Source: Mytilus californianus (taxonomy: Eukaryota). From it: a DNA stretch of 64,000 nt. The stretch is taken from the NCBI RefSeq assembly GCF_021869535.1, contig NW_026262593.1, positions 54,808,001 through 54,872,000 on the forward strand, written 5' to 3'. The stretch's first letter is position 1. Each line of letters starts with the position of its first letter. Below the pieces are notes generated by a model. The model had not been told where the DNA came from, made no database searches, and was given only the letters and a program-made list of their open reading frames with translations. Positions 26,941 through 38,885 of the stretch are shown piece after piece. Made by a program: the position numbers and the translations under genes.

Positions 26941-28059
26941 CAAAAGTAACAAAGAAACAGGCCGGTAACAACCGTTGCCGGATAGTTTTTCTGCACGAGT
27001 AGTTATAGGTGAAGACCTTGACCTGACTACAAGTGCAGAAGAACTATACGTCAAGTTGTTTCCGGTCTGTTTTTTGTTACCTTTGTTTTGTATCTGACTT
27101 GGACGATGTTTCAAGAAAAACGTAGTACATTTTGCATTTAGAAGAGGTAGCAAAATTAAACAGATTAGAAACTTAAATGGCCATATACATGTACCAGTTA
27201 ATGTAAGTTACAGTTTAAACAAACTGTTTTTTTTCACTTCCCTTCAGCCGAAATTTATTTTCTCAAGAAATTCAAGAATCTAATAATTTTATAAAAAAGA
27301 ACCATGTCAAGTAAAAGATGAATGTCGTACGCATTTGAGACTTTTTAAAATGCAACTTCGCAAGTAAGTAATGTATGAAAAAGATTTCAGAGGTAGGCAA
27401 GCTAACATTTGAATTTTTATTTGGGGAAAAACGGAAAAGAGGGGGGGGGGGGGGGGGGGGTTAAATCATATTTAAAATAAACAGGCTTGATCTTTTTTTT
27501 GTTGAAAAAATGCAGGATGTGCCATTCCATTCCCCCATTCCCATTAAGAAGTAATAAAAATCGTACGTTTGCTACCATATATATGAATTCAACTTCATTA
27601 ACAATACAAATGTACAAAAATAATGAATTGCCTATTTCATTAGTGAATGAAATGTTATGAAAAAATGGATTTTGTTTTGTTATTTGATATATATATAGGC
27701 ATATATTTTGGATTTTTTTTTTTTAATTTTCATGCTTATAGGTTTTTATTTGTCTCTTATACTGTTGATCAGGATTAAGCACGTGTTACAATATCATCCA
27801 ATCGCAGCTTACTGTCCAAAATTTGGTGACATAAATTCAGTGATTTTCTTCAAGATTTGCTGCCTATTTGAACATGTATTACACGGACACATTTTATTTA
27901 CCGGATTATTCGTGCATTGGTGAGTTGATAGGGATTTTATCTTTTGATTAGATTTGATTTTTTTATATATATTTCCTGTCTTTTTTTTGAAATATAAATG
28001 TCGTTTAAGTAATAAGTGCCCATTAACTCATTGATCATGCACGAGTGATTCTATTCATA

Positions 28060-28121
28060 AAAAGTGTCCGTGTAACAACTAAAAAGTGTCCGTGTATCAT
28101 CTTAAAAGTGTCCGTGTAACA
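28060..28121 (+). repeat. Minisatellite, 3 x 22 bp (aaaagtgtccgtgta core)
   Basis: Cores at 28060, 28082 and 28104. Confidence 0.85.
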
Positions 28122-29204
28122 CCCGTTAATGTACTGTTTTTCTATGGCTCTGCTAGGGGCAAAGTCGTACAAGATATTATGGCATCATTATTATATGTGC
28201 CCTGAAGAAATCATAACATTCACATCGTGATAAACATTTATATATGTGTAGGCCCGTTTCCGGGTTTGCAATTTTATTGCTGCGTTGAGGACCCATTGAT
28301 GGACTTTGGCTCTTTTGTGTTTTGGTCGGGTTGTTGTCATTGAAATCAAGTTTCCATTCTCTATGCTATGTTTACGTTTTTTAGGATTAAAAATATTGCT
28401 TTTTTTTCATATCAATGTTAAATTTTCGAAGATCACGAGATCGAATATTCGTGTTTTTACATACTCAAGATGTATAGAATAAATAGACGTCTGAACAATG
28501 TCAACTATGAAACAAAAAAAAAACCCTTTCTCTATAAATGAATGTATATATCAGTCTAAAACGTAACATCACCGCCCAGGAAAAACCTAAAAAACTTTAC
28601 TAAAGAAAATGTGTATGGAGACCTGTGTTACGGCGCAAATACAATGCACGCACGGGACATTGATGCCGATCTTCATAAAAAAAAATATCTATAAATATCA
28701 ATTATTATTATATTGAAGATTAATGTTGAGCGTCTGCGGCTAGAATGCTTTTCAAACACTAAGAATAAAAAATTAAAACCCGCTTTCAACTCATTTACAT
28801 AAAAATACTTATTGACACTATCCAAATCATTCGTCCGCGTAACCACTTGTACAACTACGGCCAAAACCGCCAAAGCAGACCGTTCTTAAAAACGATCCTT
28901 TTAGACAACATTTTCCCGCTTTTCTCCGGAACGCGGAAAAATAAATATATTCAATAGGATATGTAATGCTGGTTGCCATTCAAATCAATTGTTGATACAA
29001 TGATTTGCAGCCGCTTTTGTTTATCATTTGTATTGCTATCCCAATGCAGTGCATTTTGCAATGGTGATTTTTATCTGTGTAATATGTTTTATCATTAGTA
29101 GCGATAGCCAGTTATAGGTTGTTGATCCAATGATCTCAAATCAATAAGTCGTGTAGTACTTAATTACAATGAAGGAAGTTGCATATGTCTGAGCACCGCT
29201 TATA

Positions 29205-29428
29205 TATATATATAAATATATATACAAGTCTAAATTGAAAACAACGTTCAAACCTATGATTGCGTTGGATAAAAACCGCAATTTTTATACGTGTGCACGC
29301 CAAACAAATTTCTTGTTAGAGGGGTCTAAATACAGCACAAACAACATTTTCCAAAAGACCAAAAAAGTGACAAAGTATATTTTAACCAAACGCATTTGAC
29401 TAACAGGTCGAACAACAAATGTTCTTAA
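29205..29428 (+). repeat. Left part of the (TA)n-anchored 540-bp family copy interrupted by the Naiad
   Basis: Ends gttcTTAA. The uninterrupted monomer reads gttcTTAAaccctgct (reverse complement of ~34598-34613), and the sequence resumes at 33901. Confidence 0.85.
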
Positions 29429-29734
29429 TTTTTTTAATTATGGGTTGTTTGCCTGTGAGAGAGCTTTCACATGTTTATATCTTTGTTCTTAATTGTCAAT
29501 TATATATTATGGTGTTTGGATGTATAAATACTCATCCACGCCTGCTATCTTTATTATTGCCCCTGCTATGGTTTTACTAAGATTTCTTACAATCTCTGTG
29601 TTTGCCCTGTGTTTCTTATATGTCAGTATTATAATACTTAAGTCTTTACGTCGGGCCTTTTATAACAGTTTTTGTAAAATTTCTTTTACTGCTTTGCCTA
29701 TTATTTCCTATTCCGTAATTGTGATCCTTATTCA

Positions 29735-32700
29735 TTGTTACAACCTCCGGTCTTTTTTTATTTTGCCTATACCCCCTTTTTAATTATCATTATTTTACGC
29801 AATGGAAAGAAAATTATTAACAACACAACTTCTAGGATATCCACGTGCTTAAACAAACGTATTTGTAATGCCTCTACAGCCAGATTGTTTAACAAAAATG
29901 CGCGTGGATATCCACAAATTTTCCCGTGCAATGCCAAAAAGTGACTAACCTGTTTTAGATTAACTTCACAAAATACTGTACGGTCAACAGTGAACGGAAG
30001 AGCTTTTTCGCTCTCCTTTTCCTGTGACATTACCTGAAAAACTCAAAACCTTATATATGTGGTAACTTGAACCCTATCTAAGTGTGGTATTCAATATGTG
30101 GGACAGACGGGACGAGCGTATTACAAAAGAAATCAAGAACTCCTTTACCGCTTTCGTAGACCTAAAAAATTCAAAAGTTTGATATATCAACATTTAGATA
30201 AGCACAATCACAATCTAAAATTCATTAAATTCCAACCACTTGAAACCGTTCAGAAAAAACCAGGAGAATCACACAAGCAATTTGAAAAATCACGTGAAGT
30301 TTGCGAATTATTTTGGATAAAAAGACTTCAAACAGCTTATCCTCTCGGTCTTAATGACAAAATATTAGGACAGGGGAACATAACTAAAACTTCAATCGAT
30401 GTCATTAATATTGTCGATAAACGACTTAAAAATAAAAGGTCTCATGGCAAACGCAAAAACCGTAATCAACGTATTATACATCGTATAAATTATACACTTG
30501 CTGATCTGTTATCTATAATAAAAAATAATGGCAGACATCAAGTATTATGCAAACTGGGTCAGATACCAATAAGTAAATCATATGCTATTTTTCTGGAGTG
30601 TGATACAATTTCTTTTTTTAGCCCAATGTATGAATACACCCGTATTATTACAGCCTTTTGTCATCATAGGCTATTTCCTAGTATCGATAAACCTGAAAAT
30701 CATAAACGGCATTTTCTTAAATTAAAATATATAAATAGAGGTATTGATTTTATTAACTTATCTAGTATATTCAATGACTCTACCATCCAAAGCCAAATAC
30801 CTCCATATTTTGATAATATAGAACCACCTATCATTTCGTATTCTTATAAAAAACCCAGCAGAAGTTTGATTTTCAATTATACGTCAGTTACATCAGACGT
30901 CAATATAGAAAATAATGTTCCTTCCACTTGAGATTTTGAAACATCTAGTTTTAGATATGATCCCTATGGTCATGTCCCCACAGGAGACCCCAACATCGTC
31001 GAAGACCGTGAGGTCATAACTGTTCTTAAGAAAGGACCGAAATATCTTCCTCCATCTAAAATAGATTGGAAACAGTGTCGTCAGATCATTAAAGACGCTC
31101 TGTCTGTCTACTGTAAAAATTGGTGTAAACGTGAAAAATCTGAAAAAAAATCTCTAGACAGTTATTTGAATAAAATTATGAATACTGTTAATATTCGTAT
31201 ATCTCATTTTGAAAACAATTCTGAAATTAGTAATAGGGTCCATGATATTCCCATTTCCAGAATAAAAAATAAACTCCAAGTACTCGCAAAGCGGTTTGTG
31301 TTCGTACCGGCAGACAAAGCAGCAAATAATGCAGTGATGGTGTGACGCATATACTACACAGAAGTTCTCGAAAACGAAATTACAAATTCATCTACATTCA
31401 GGTCCGTACGCTCCACAGAGAGTCAAATTGTAAACAAGCATATCACTGCCACTACCCAGCTTAAAGCCTCTTCCGAACATTTGAAAGTCCCTACTATGTA
31501 CTGGTTACCTAAATTGCACAAAAAACCATTTAAATTCCGTTTCATCTCCGCATCTAGTAAGTGTTCTACTACTAATCTATCAATGCTTCTAACTACCTCC
31601 CTTACTACTATCAAAGAACTTGTTATTAACTTTCGTAATAAAGCTTATGAAAATAATGGTATTAATTATTTTTGGAGTGTTAAAAATTCTTTAGAGGTTT
31701 TAGATAAAATACATGCTTTTGATGGTCCTTTTAATTCTGTTGACAGTTATGATTCTTCTACTCTCTATACTACACTTCCACACAATCTTATCAAGAAAAC
31801 GTTTTCATATTTAATTAAATGGTCTTTTCAAAAATCTCATTACAAATTTATTTGCTGTAACTCGTTTAAAGCCTTTTTCTGTAACGAAAAAAGGAAAGTA
31901 TGCTAGATACACTTACTGGAAATGTGAAGATATGATTGAAGCTTTAAATGTTCTCCTGGACAACATATATGTACGTTTCGGCGATAGAGTGTATCGACAA
32001 GTAGAAGGTATTTCTATGGGCACTAACTGCGCCCCTTTAATAGCAGATTTATTCCTGTATTGCTATGAATCTCAGTTTATGACCAAACTCAGTAAAGACA
32101 CGTCATTGTTACATTTGGTTGATACATTCAACAAACCTTCCGTTATCTAGATGATATTTTTTCGTTAAATAATCCAGAGTTCTCTAAATATACTACCAAA
32201 ATTTACCCAATAGAACTTACTTTAACTAAATCTAACATAAACAGCAGTAGTTGTCCTTTTCTGGATTTGGACATTTCAATCTCTAAAGGAAAACTCCATA
32301 CGAAAATTTACGACAAAAGAGACGATTTTTCATTCCCTATTGTTAATTTTCCTTTTTTACACGGCGATGTTCCTTTGGCTCCATCATACGGTGTTTATAT
32401 ATCCCAACTCGTTCGTTATGCCCGTGTGTGTAGTGATGTCATAGATTTTAACAAACGTAATCAATGCATCACTGGTAAATTATTAAATTAAGGATTTCGT
32501 TACCATAAATTACGTAAAACTTTTGCTAAGTTCTTTCATAGATACAAAGATTTGATTAGTAAATTTGGCTGTACTTGTAGAAAACTGATTAAAAACTGTA
32601 TTTCACATCTTAAATTTTACGGTAATATTGTTCTTAAAGCGCGGAAATCACTATGTGATCCGTGTAAACTCATCGAACCTTCAAACAAACTTATTAGTAA

Positions 32701-32794
32701 AGGTTATCTTACCAATGTTGTATTTACATCTTTGAATATAGTTTACATTGGCACTAATATCGATTTTGTCATCAGCAAATTAAAACATAACTAA
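29735..32794 (+). pseudogene. Naiad EN-RT polyprotein ORF with five in-frame TGA (putative Sec); this copy has two compensating frameshifts and one TAA
   Basis: One frame from 29735 to ~31885, broken only by TGA at 29942, 30035, 30068, 30929 and 31343. +1 A in an A-run at ~31885, -1 at ~32134, TAA (probably from CAA) at 32489, terminal TAA 32792-94. True start codon uncertain. Confidence 0.85.
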
Positions 32795-32937
32795 ATTTGT
32801 ATGTTTTTCAAGCGGGATGTATAAAGACACACCCACGTTCGTTTAGATCTATAAAGAGGTTAAACTCCTAACTATCCTACTGTCTGTCGATATATTTATT
32901 TTTGGCATTGCACTAGTCATGTCTTCTTTGTTTGTCC

Positions 32938-32980
32938 ATGACGTTAAAATACTAAATCCCTGGGATGTGTTTTAGTTGAT
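32938..32980 (+). promoter_or_regulatory. SECIS element (type II) in the Naiad 3' UTR
   Basis: ATGAC core (32938-42); 10-bp helix II gttaaaatac/gtgttttagt (32943-52/32967-76); unpaired AA (32954-55); ministem atcc/ggat with ctg loop; TGAT 3' core (32977-80), giving the U.U/G.A/A.G/C.U quartet. Confidence 0.8.
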
Positions 32981-33900
32981 TTTAGTCTCTGATGCATAAT
33001 TTTTTATTATTAATTGTTTTGGCTTTTAACTAGCTGTCAGTAACTACGAGTACTCTCAAATCGTACTTTCTTGTTTATTTGACCTGTTGATACTACTTGT
33101 ATTGCTTTTTTGTTATTTAATGTTATTCAGGGTTATATCTGGTCTATATGCTAGCTTTGATAAGTGTTTGGTATAACTATAAATTTTCACTTCGTACTAT
33201 GAACAAAATTATTTATTTTGTAAAAATATTTCCTTTCTCTATTAGTACTGTACACGTTTACCTAAAAAAAATATCTTCATTTACCTGAATTTAAAGTTAT
33301 TGCAAATGGCTGATATTTTTGTTCGAGCTTATTGTTTTTCTTTAATTGTTCAACATTTCTTACCGATATAACATGTTACTTTTATTATTCTTCCCTTAGT
33401 TTATTTATTTTGTATTTACATTGTGTCATAGGTCAAATTTATTTGTTCAGTGTATGTTCAATGGTGTTAATATGTCCTTTGATTGAGTTAAGCTATTTCA
33501 GTTGATATTTTATAGTGTGTATTTCTTTGCTGTGATGTTACACTATTGTTTCAGAAAAAGGGTTAAGGTTTGGTACCATTAAAACGTTTAAACCCGCTGC
33601 ATTTGTTTGCACCTGTCCTAAGTCAGGAATCTGATGTTCAGTAGTTGTCGTTTGTTGATGTGGTTCATAAGTGTTTTCTCCTATCTCGTTTTTTATATAG
33701 ATTAGACCGTTGGTTTTCCCGTTTGAATGGTTTTACACTAGTTATTTTTTTGGGGTCCTTTATAGCTTACTGGTCGGTGTGAGCCAAGGCTCCGTGTTGA
33801 AGACCGTACTGTGACCTATAATGGTTTACTTTTATAAATTTTGACTTGGATGGAGAGTTGTCTCATTGGCACTCATACCACATCTTTTTATATCTATTAA

Positions 33901-35355
33901 ACCCTGCTGACTGCCATTGGCGATTGCCAAATAAACGGATCACAAGGTGTAATAAATGGATCTTAATTATAAATTTAATACCAAACAGAAAACAATAAAC
34001 TTGCGGCAAAGATGGTATACCGCAAGCAAAGGTGCAAAGATATATATATATATATATATACATAAGAGGTTTAAGAACATCCGTTGTTCGACCTGCTAGT
34101 TAAATGCGTTTTGTTAAAATATACTTTTTCACTTTTTTGGTCTTTTGGAAAATGTTTGTGCTGAATTTAGACTCCTCTACCAAGAAATTTGTTGTGCATA
34201 CACACGTATAAAAATTGCGGTTTTTATCCAACGCAATCATAGGTTTGAACGTTGTTTTCAATTTAGACTTTGTTTATTTTTTCGTTTGGGCTTGTATTAT
34301 ATTTGCCTTCGGGTTTATATGATCCGTTCATCCTATTTCGACTCTTCAAAATTTAAGAGTCTATCCTAAATTGAGGTAAATTATATGGTCTTCCAAATAA
34401 TGTTTCGATTCCTAACATCACTGAAGAGACATTAATTGTCGAAATTCGGATATGGTGTACCAATTTTTGCACCTTATTTTTGTGGTATATCATCTTTTCC
34501 GCAAGTTTATTGTTTTCTGTTTGGTATTAAATGAAAAATTAAGATTCATTTTGTTACATCTGGTGATCCGTTTATTTGGCAATCGCCAATGGCAGTCAGC
34601 AGGGTTTAAGAACATCCGTTGTTCGACCTGCTAGTCAAATGCGTTTTGTTAAAATATACTTTTTCACTTTTTTGGTCTTTTGGAAAATGTTGTTTGTGCT
34701 GTATTTAGACCCCTCTACCAAGACATTTGTTTTGCATGCACACGTATAAAAATTGCGGTTTTTTATCCAACGCAATCATAGGTTTGAACGTTGTTTTCAA
34801 TTTAGACTTGTTTACATTTTTTCGTTTGGGCTTGTATTATATTTGCCTTCTGGTTTATATATGATCCGTTCATCCTATTTCGACTCTTCAAAATTCAAGA
34901 GTCTATCCTAAATTGAGGTAAATTTTATGGTCTTCCAAATACTGTTTCGATTCCTGACATCACTGAAGAGACATTAATTGTCGAAATCCGGATATGGTGT
35001 ACCAATTTATGCACCTTTTTTTTGCGGTATACCATCTTTTCCGCAAGTTTATTGTTTTCTGTTTGGTATTAAATTAATAGTTAAGATCCATTTTGTTACA
35101 TCTGGTGATCCGTTTATTTGGCAATCGCCAATGGCAGTCAGCAGGGTTTACGAACATCCGTTGTTCGACCTGCTAGTCAAATGCGTTTTGTTAAAATATA
35201 CTTTTTCACTTTTTTGGTCTTTCGGAAAATGTTGTTTGTGCTATATTTAGACCCCTCCACCAAGAAATTTGTTTTGCATGCACACGTATAAAAATTACGG
35301 TTTTTATCCAACGCAATCATAGGTTTGAACGTTGTTTTCAATTTAGACTTGTTTA
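33901..35355. repeat. Remainder of the forward 540-bp copy (33901-34039), a (TA)n run, then a reverse array of ~2.4 monomers (34065-35355) ending in (TA)n
   Basis: (aa/ac)gaacatccgttgttcgacctgctag recurs at 34073, 34608 and 35150 (periods 535 and 542). Confidence 0.85.
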
Positions 35356-35924
35356 TATATATATAAAAACTACAGTAATTTGTAGAGAAAGATATCAAGA
35401 TCGCGTTATCAAACATTTTTAAAAAGTTTACTATAAAAAACAATGAGAGCCAGCATTTTCGCATTTTTGTAACACAAAAAATGGTAAGTACATTTTTCCA
35501 GTTTTATTAAAAAAATATATTAAGTTTGACGTATTGGGAATCTCCACTTATATTCGAAATTCGTTCAAGGTTTTTAAAGCATACAAGAGAATTGTGCTGC
35601 ATTTGTTTTAAGAAGGTTACGATGAAATATTACATAACTGTAAACGGTTTAACGAACATATGCAGACACTGTTGTGATACATCAAAATAAAGAAGCAATT
35701 GCAAAAATCAATTGGAAAGATCTTGTTTCTACTCACGCTTGTTGTGAATACAATTCAAATGAATATAAACCTAAGCATATCTTCATATTTAGAACAGAAA
35801 TTCCCTATTTAAAATAAATATTTGCTCCAATATTTTGAAAAGAATTTGAATTTTCAAATTAAAACTATTTCTTTTTTCCAAGTTTATTGATGTGCTGTTC
35901 TACCGTGGTATTTCTCCAAATAAA

Positions 35925-36590
35925 AATATAGAGATATGGTATGATTGCCAATGAGACACCTATCCACCAAAGTTCAAATATAGTGTATGTTAGCAGTTAT
36001 AGGCAACCGTACGGCCTAATGAAAAAACCCCATACCGTTTGGTCAGCTATAAAAGGCCCGACATGAAAAATAAAAAAACAATTCAATTGAAAACAACTAA
36101 CGGCCTAGTTTCATTTTGAATTTAAAACAAAACAATTTCCGAAAAACAAACTTGACAGACATGAACCAACATAAACAAGTAAAATACAGCCTCTTGACTT
36201 TGGACAGGCAAATGTTTGTGAGCGCTCAATCCTCTCCTTAACTGGGATAATACTGTAGCAGCACTACAAAGAAAACAAACACTATTAAAAGCAGTTGAAA
36301 AAAGCTTAACTCATCAGATCGATACAAAAAAAAACATAAAACAAAAAGACAGACAGGACGTGGCAGGGTTTATATCCATCCCCTATCCCTAAAATCATAA
36401 AAGAGAATAAGTACAGAGTACTCGCAGTAACTGACAGCTAGTTCAAGTTCAAAGCAAATAAAAGCTAATAAAAAAATCATATATTTATGACTAAATATCA
36501 ATCAGTATACATTCAGCATCCAATGAATCAAGTGTGAATATGGCATTAACAGTCAGAGAAAAATATGACCTCGTGCAATTACATCTTTTG
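35925..36590 (-). mobile_element. 5'-truncated relative of the Naiad 3' UTR with a degenerate SECIS, inserted in a TRIM-like remnant
   Basis: Reverse complement matches aactagctgtcagt.act.cgagtactct and the terminal tail. The 5' part attgcacgaggtcat...ATGCc..cact..ttggatg..TTGAT aligns with 32907-32985. Confidence 0.7.
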
Positions 36591-37170
36591 CAAAGACATA
36601 TACTTTCGTACTACTCTTGCAAGCAAGAAAAACATTACCAGATGAATCGTTTGTTATACCATCCGGAAGATCGTATCTCTTGCAGTACGATGTCCATTCA
36701 TTTTCGTCTCGAATGCTCGGTCACTACTTTCTGTGGCATTATAAACCTTGCTATGCAAGAAATTGTAAAGACAAAAGTAAACGAGAGAAATGAACGACCT
36801 GAAAGGTATGATTATCGATGCTGACTACTTTTGTTTCACCCGCAAAAAAACCCAACTGAAATACTCATCGCTCATTGATATAAATCGTAGCACCTGTGAT
36901 GAGTCAGTGTCGACGTTAGCAGTTTCTTCTTTTTTACTAATTATAATGTTGTAGCAATCGTTGTTGTGTCTATGACTGCAACACCGAAACAAATCTCATT
37001 TAGTTGTATGATTTTTTATTAATTCACCTTTTTTGCTCATTAAAGCAAGACGTCGATTTGACGAAATGTCGGCTAGAACAATTCTTCCATCATCTAACTG
37101 ATCAATATCTGAATGAATGTGTACCCGATGTCCCGACGGTGTTTGAAAAGATCAATTTGTTGTCAATTGA
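36590..37170 (-). pseudogene. Divergent TRIM-like beta-propeller remnant (not in ORF track)
   Basis: Minus-strand pieces DIDQLDDGRIVLADISSNRRLALMSKKGELIK / QLNEICFGVAVIDTTTIATTL / VVSIDNHTFQVVHFS / KVYNATESSDRAF / WTSYCKRYDLPDGITNDSSGNVFLACKSS are colinear with copies 1 and 4; several frameshifts. Confidence 0.8.
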
Positions 37171-38319
37171 ATTCTATGTTCAGCTGAAATAATAACAATT
37201 TATTTTCAGTTGTAGTTCAATTAAAGTTCAATGAAGATTATTAACGGGTGAAATATAAAAATAAAAATCAGCTAAATGGAAAAAAAATGTTGGTTTGAGA
37301 AAAAAATCAGTTTGAACGTGACATTGTGCTAGGATTTTCATGTTCTGATATAGAATGACAACATAAAATTAGGTAATGATCATAACTAACAGAACTTCAA
37401 GAACTTTTCATTCCAACATATATAAACGTTTTACTTAAAGTGAACTTAATCGTCAATAAAACTAGATGCTAACGATCAACTCGCATTTTGCAAAACACTG
37501 AAACAATGCAACAGTATATATGTGTCTTCAATTGAAAATGGGTATGCCAAAATCTAGGCTTGCTTGTCATTGTTTTCTTGACAAAATCTTCATCTGCTCA
37601 TTATATTAATCCAGATAATACAATGTATTAGTCAATTATATAAAAAATAGATATCGAATTGTGATTTAAAGTCTATTGACGATTTCATTCATATATATTT
37701 AATATCTATAGGTCCTGCATGATTGTTTATTTTTGATGTTCAAACTTTGAACTTTCAGTCGATCTATAATTATAATAGTTTTGTTAGAATCACTAAAATT
37801 GATCAATAATCACCATTTAAGGGCAATACATTTTCTGTCTATTTGAAGATTTTTCTATGCTTATAATTTTGTTAAATTAAACTTTCCTCTATCTTTGATA
37901 GTTTTCACCAAAAATCGCAAAATAATGGGTAACCATCAGTAGTGAAGGAAAACAATTCCTATTAAGTGCCGACAGATGAGTTATCAATGTTGGCTTTTCA
38001 CATGTTTCAGTAGATCTTATTTTGCTGATCATATTTACTTTTTCTCTCTTCTTACTATAACCTCTTTGAAAACGGGTAAAAGCTCGTCATTCAAAAACAA
38101 TAACTCATATCGCTTGATGACTCATTTGTAGATTTTTTTTTGTATGTGCTGTTGTATTTGCATGTATATTCTTTTAACTTAGCACTGCTTTGAGTAAACA
38201 TTTTTTATTAGTTTTTAACAACGCTACGCTCATTATTATGGTAATATCAACCAATCATAGAATAAAGCCAATACTGTCAAAATTGTTCGGTGAAAAGTAT
38301 TACAGCATATACAGAGAGC

Positions 38320-38885
38320 CTATTAGTTGCATTTAGTCTTTGATGCATGATTTTTTTATTAGTTGTTAGTGGCTTTAAACTAGCTGTCAGTAACTGCGAG
38401 TACTCTCAGATCTGAACTTAGTGTCTTTTTGTTGTTGGGATATACAAGTACCCTCCACTTCCACTCTGTGTTTTTGTTATATGTATTTCTATTTGTATCC
38501 ATCTGATGAGTTAAGCCTTTTTCAACTGATTTTTATAGTTCGTTCTTATGTTGTACTGTTTCACTACTGTCCCAGGTTAGGGGGAGTGTTGGGATCCCGC
38601 TAACATGTTTAACCCCGCCACATTCTGTATGTATGTGCCTGTCCCAAGTCAGAAGCCTGTGATTCAGTGGTTGTCGTTTGTTAATGTGTTACATATTTGT
38701 TTTTCGTTCATGTTTTTTGTACATAAATTAGGCCGTTAGTTGTCTCGTTATAGCTAAATGTGCGGTATGGGCTTTGCTCATTTTTGAAGGCTGTACGATG
38801 ACCTATAGTTGTTAATTTCTGTGTCATTTGGTCTCTTGTGGAGAGTTATCTCATTGGCAATCATACCACATCTTCTTTTTTATAT
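38320..38885 (+). mobile_element. 5'-truncated copy of the Naiad-related 3' tail family
   Basis: ttagttgcatttagtctttgatgcat matches 32972-32997, aactagctgtcagtaactgcgagtactctca matches 33028-33058, and it ends ggagagttatctcattggcaatcataccacatcttctttt. Confidence 0.8.

Larger units (their letters stand above)
29429..33896 (+). mobile_element. Naiad-type Penelope-like retrotransposon (N-terminal GIY-YIG EN, RT, SECIS-bearing 3' UTR), ~4.47 kb
   Basis: EN motifs NLIYVV..CGIQYVGQTGR..R..E..QHLDKH..ELFWIKRLQTAYPLGLND precede RT motifs VPADKAANN, PTMYWLPKLHKKPFKFRFI, YDSSTLYTTLPH, GISMGTNCAPLIADLFLY, RYLDDI (32144-55), PFLDL, YGVYISQLVRYAR. Inserted in a repeat monomer with TTAA on both sides (29425-28, 33897-900). 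Confidence 0.9.

Noticed and set aside
27441-27460. Poly-G/poly-C tracts (also ~18022-18033, ~56397-56414) as G-quadruplex regulators
   Set aside because: Simple homopolymers with no positional link to genes.
29942-31345. TGA codons as ordinary pseudogene nonsense mutations
   Set aside because: All five stops in this ~720-codon frame are TGA, they fall at expected Cys positions, and a SECIS follows. Not formally excluded without a family consensus.
38503-38540. Hammerhead ribozyme (CTGATGAG)
   Set aside because: No stem II followed by GAAA downstream, so the core is incomplete.
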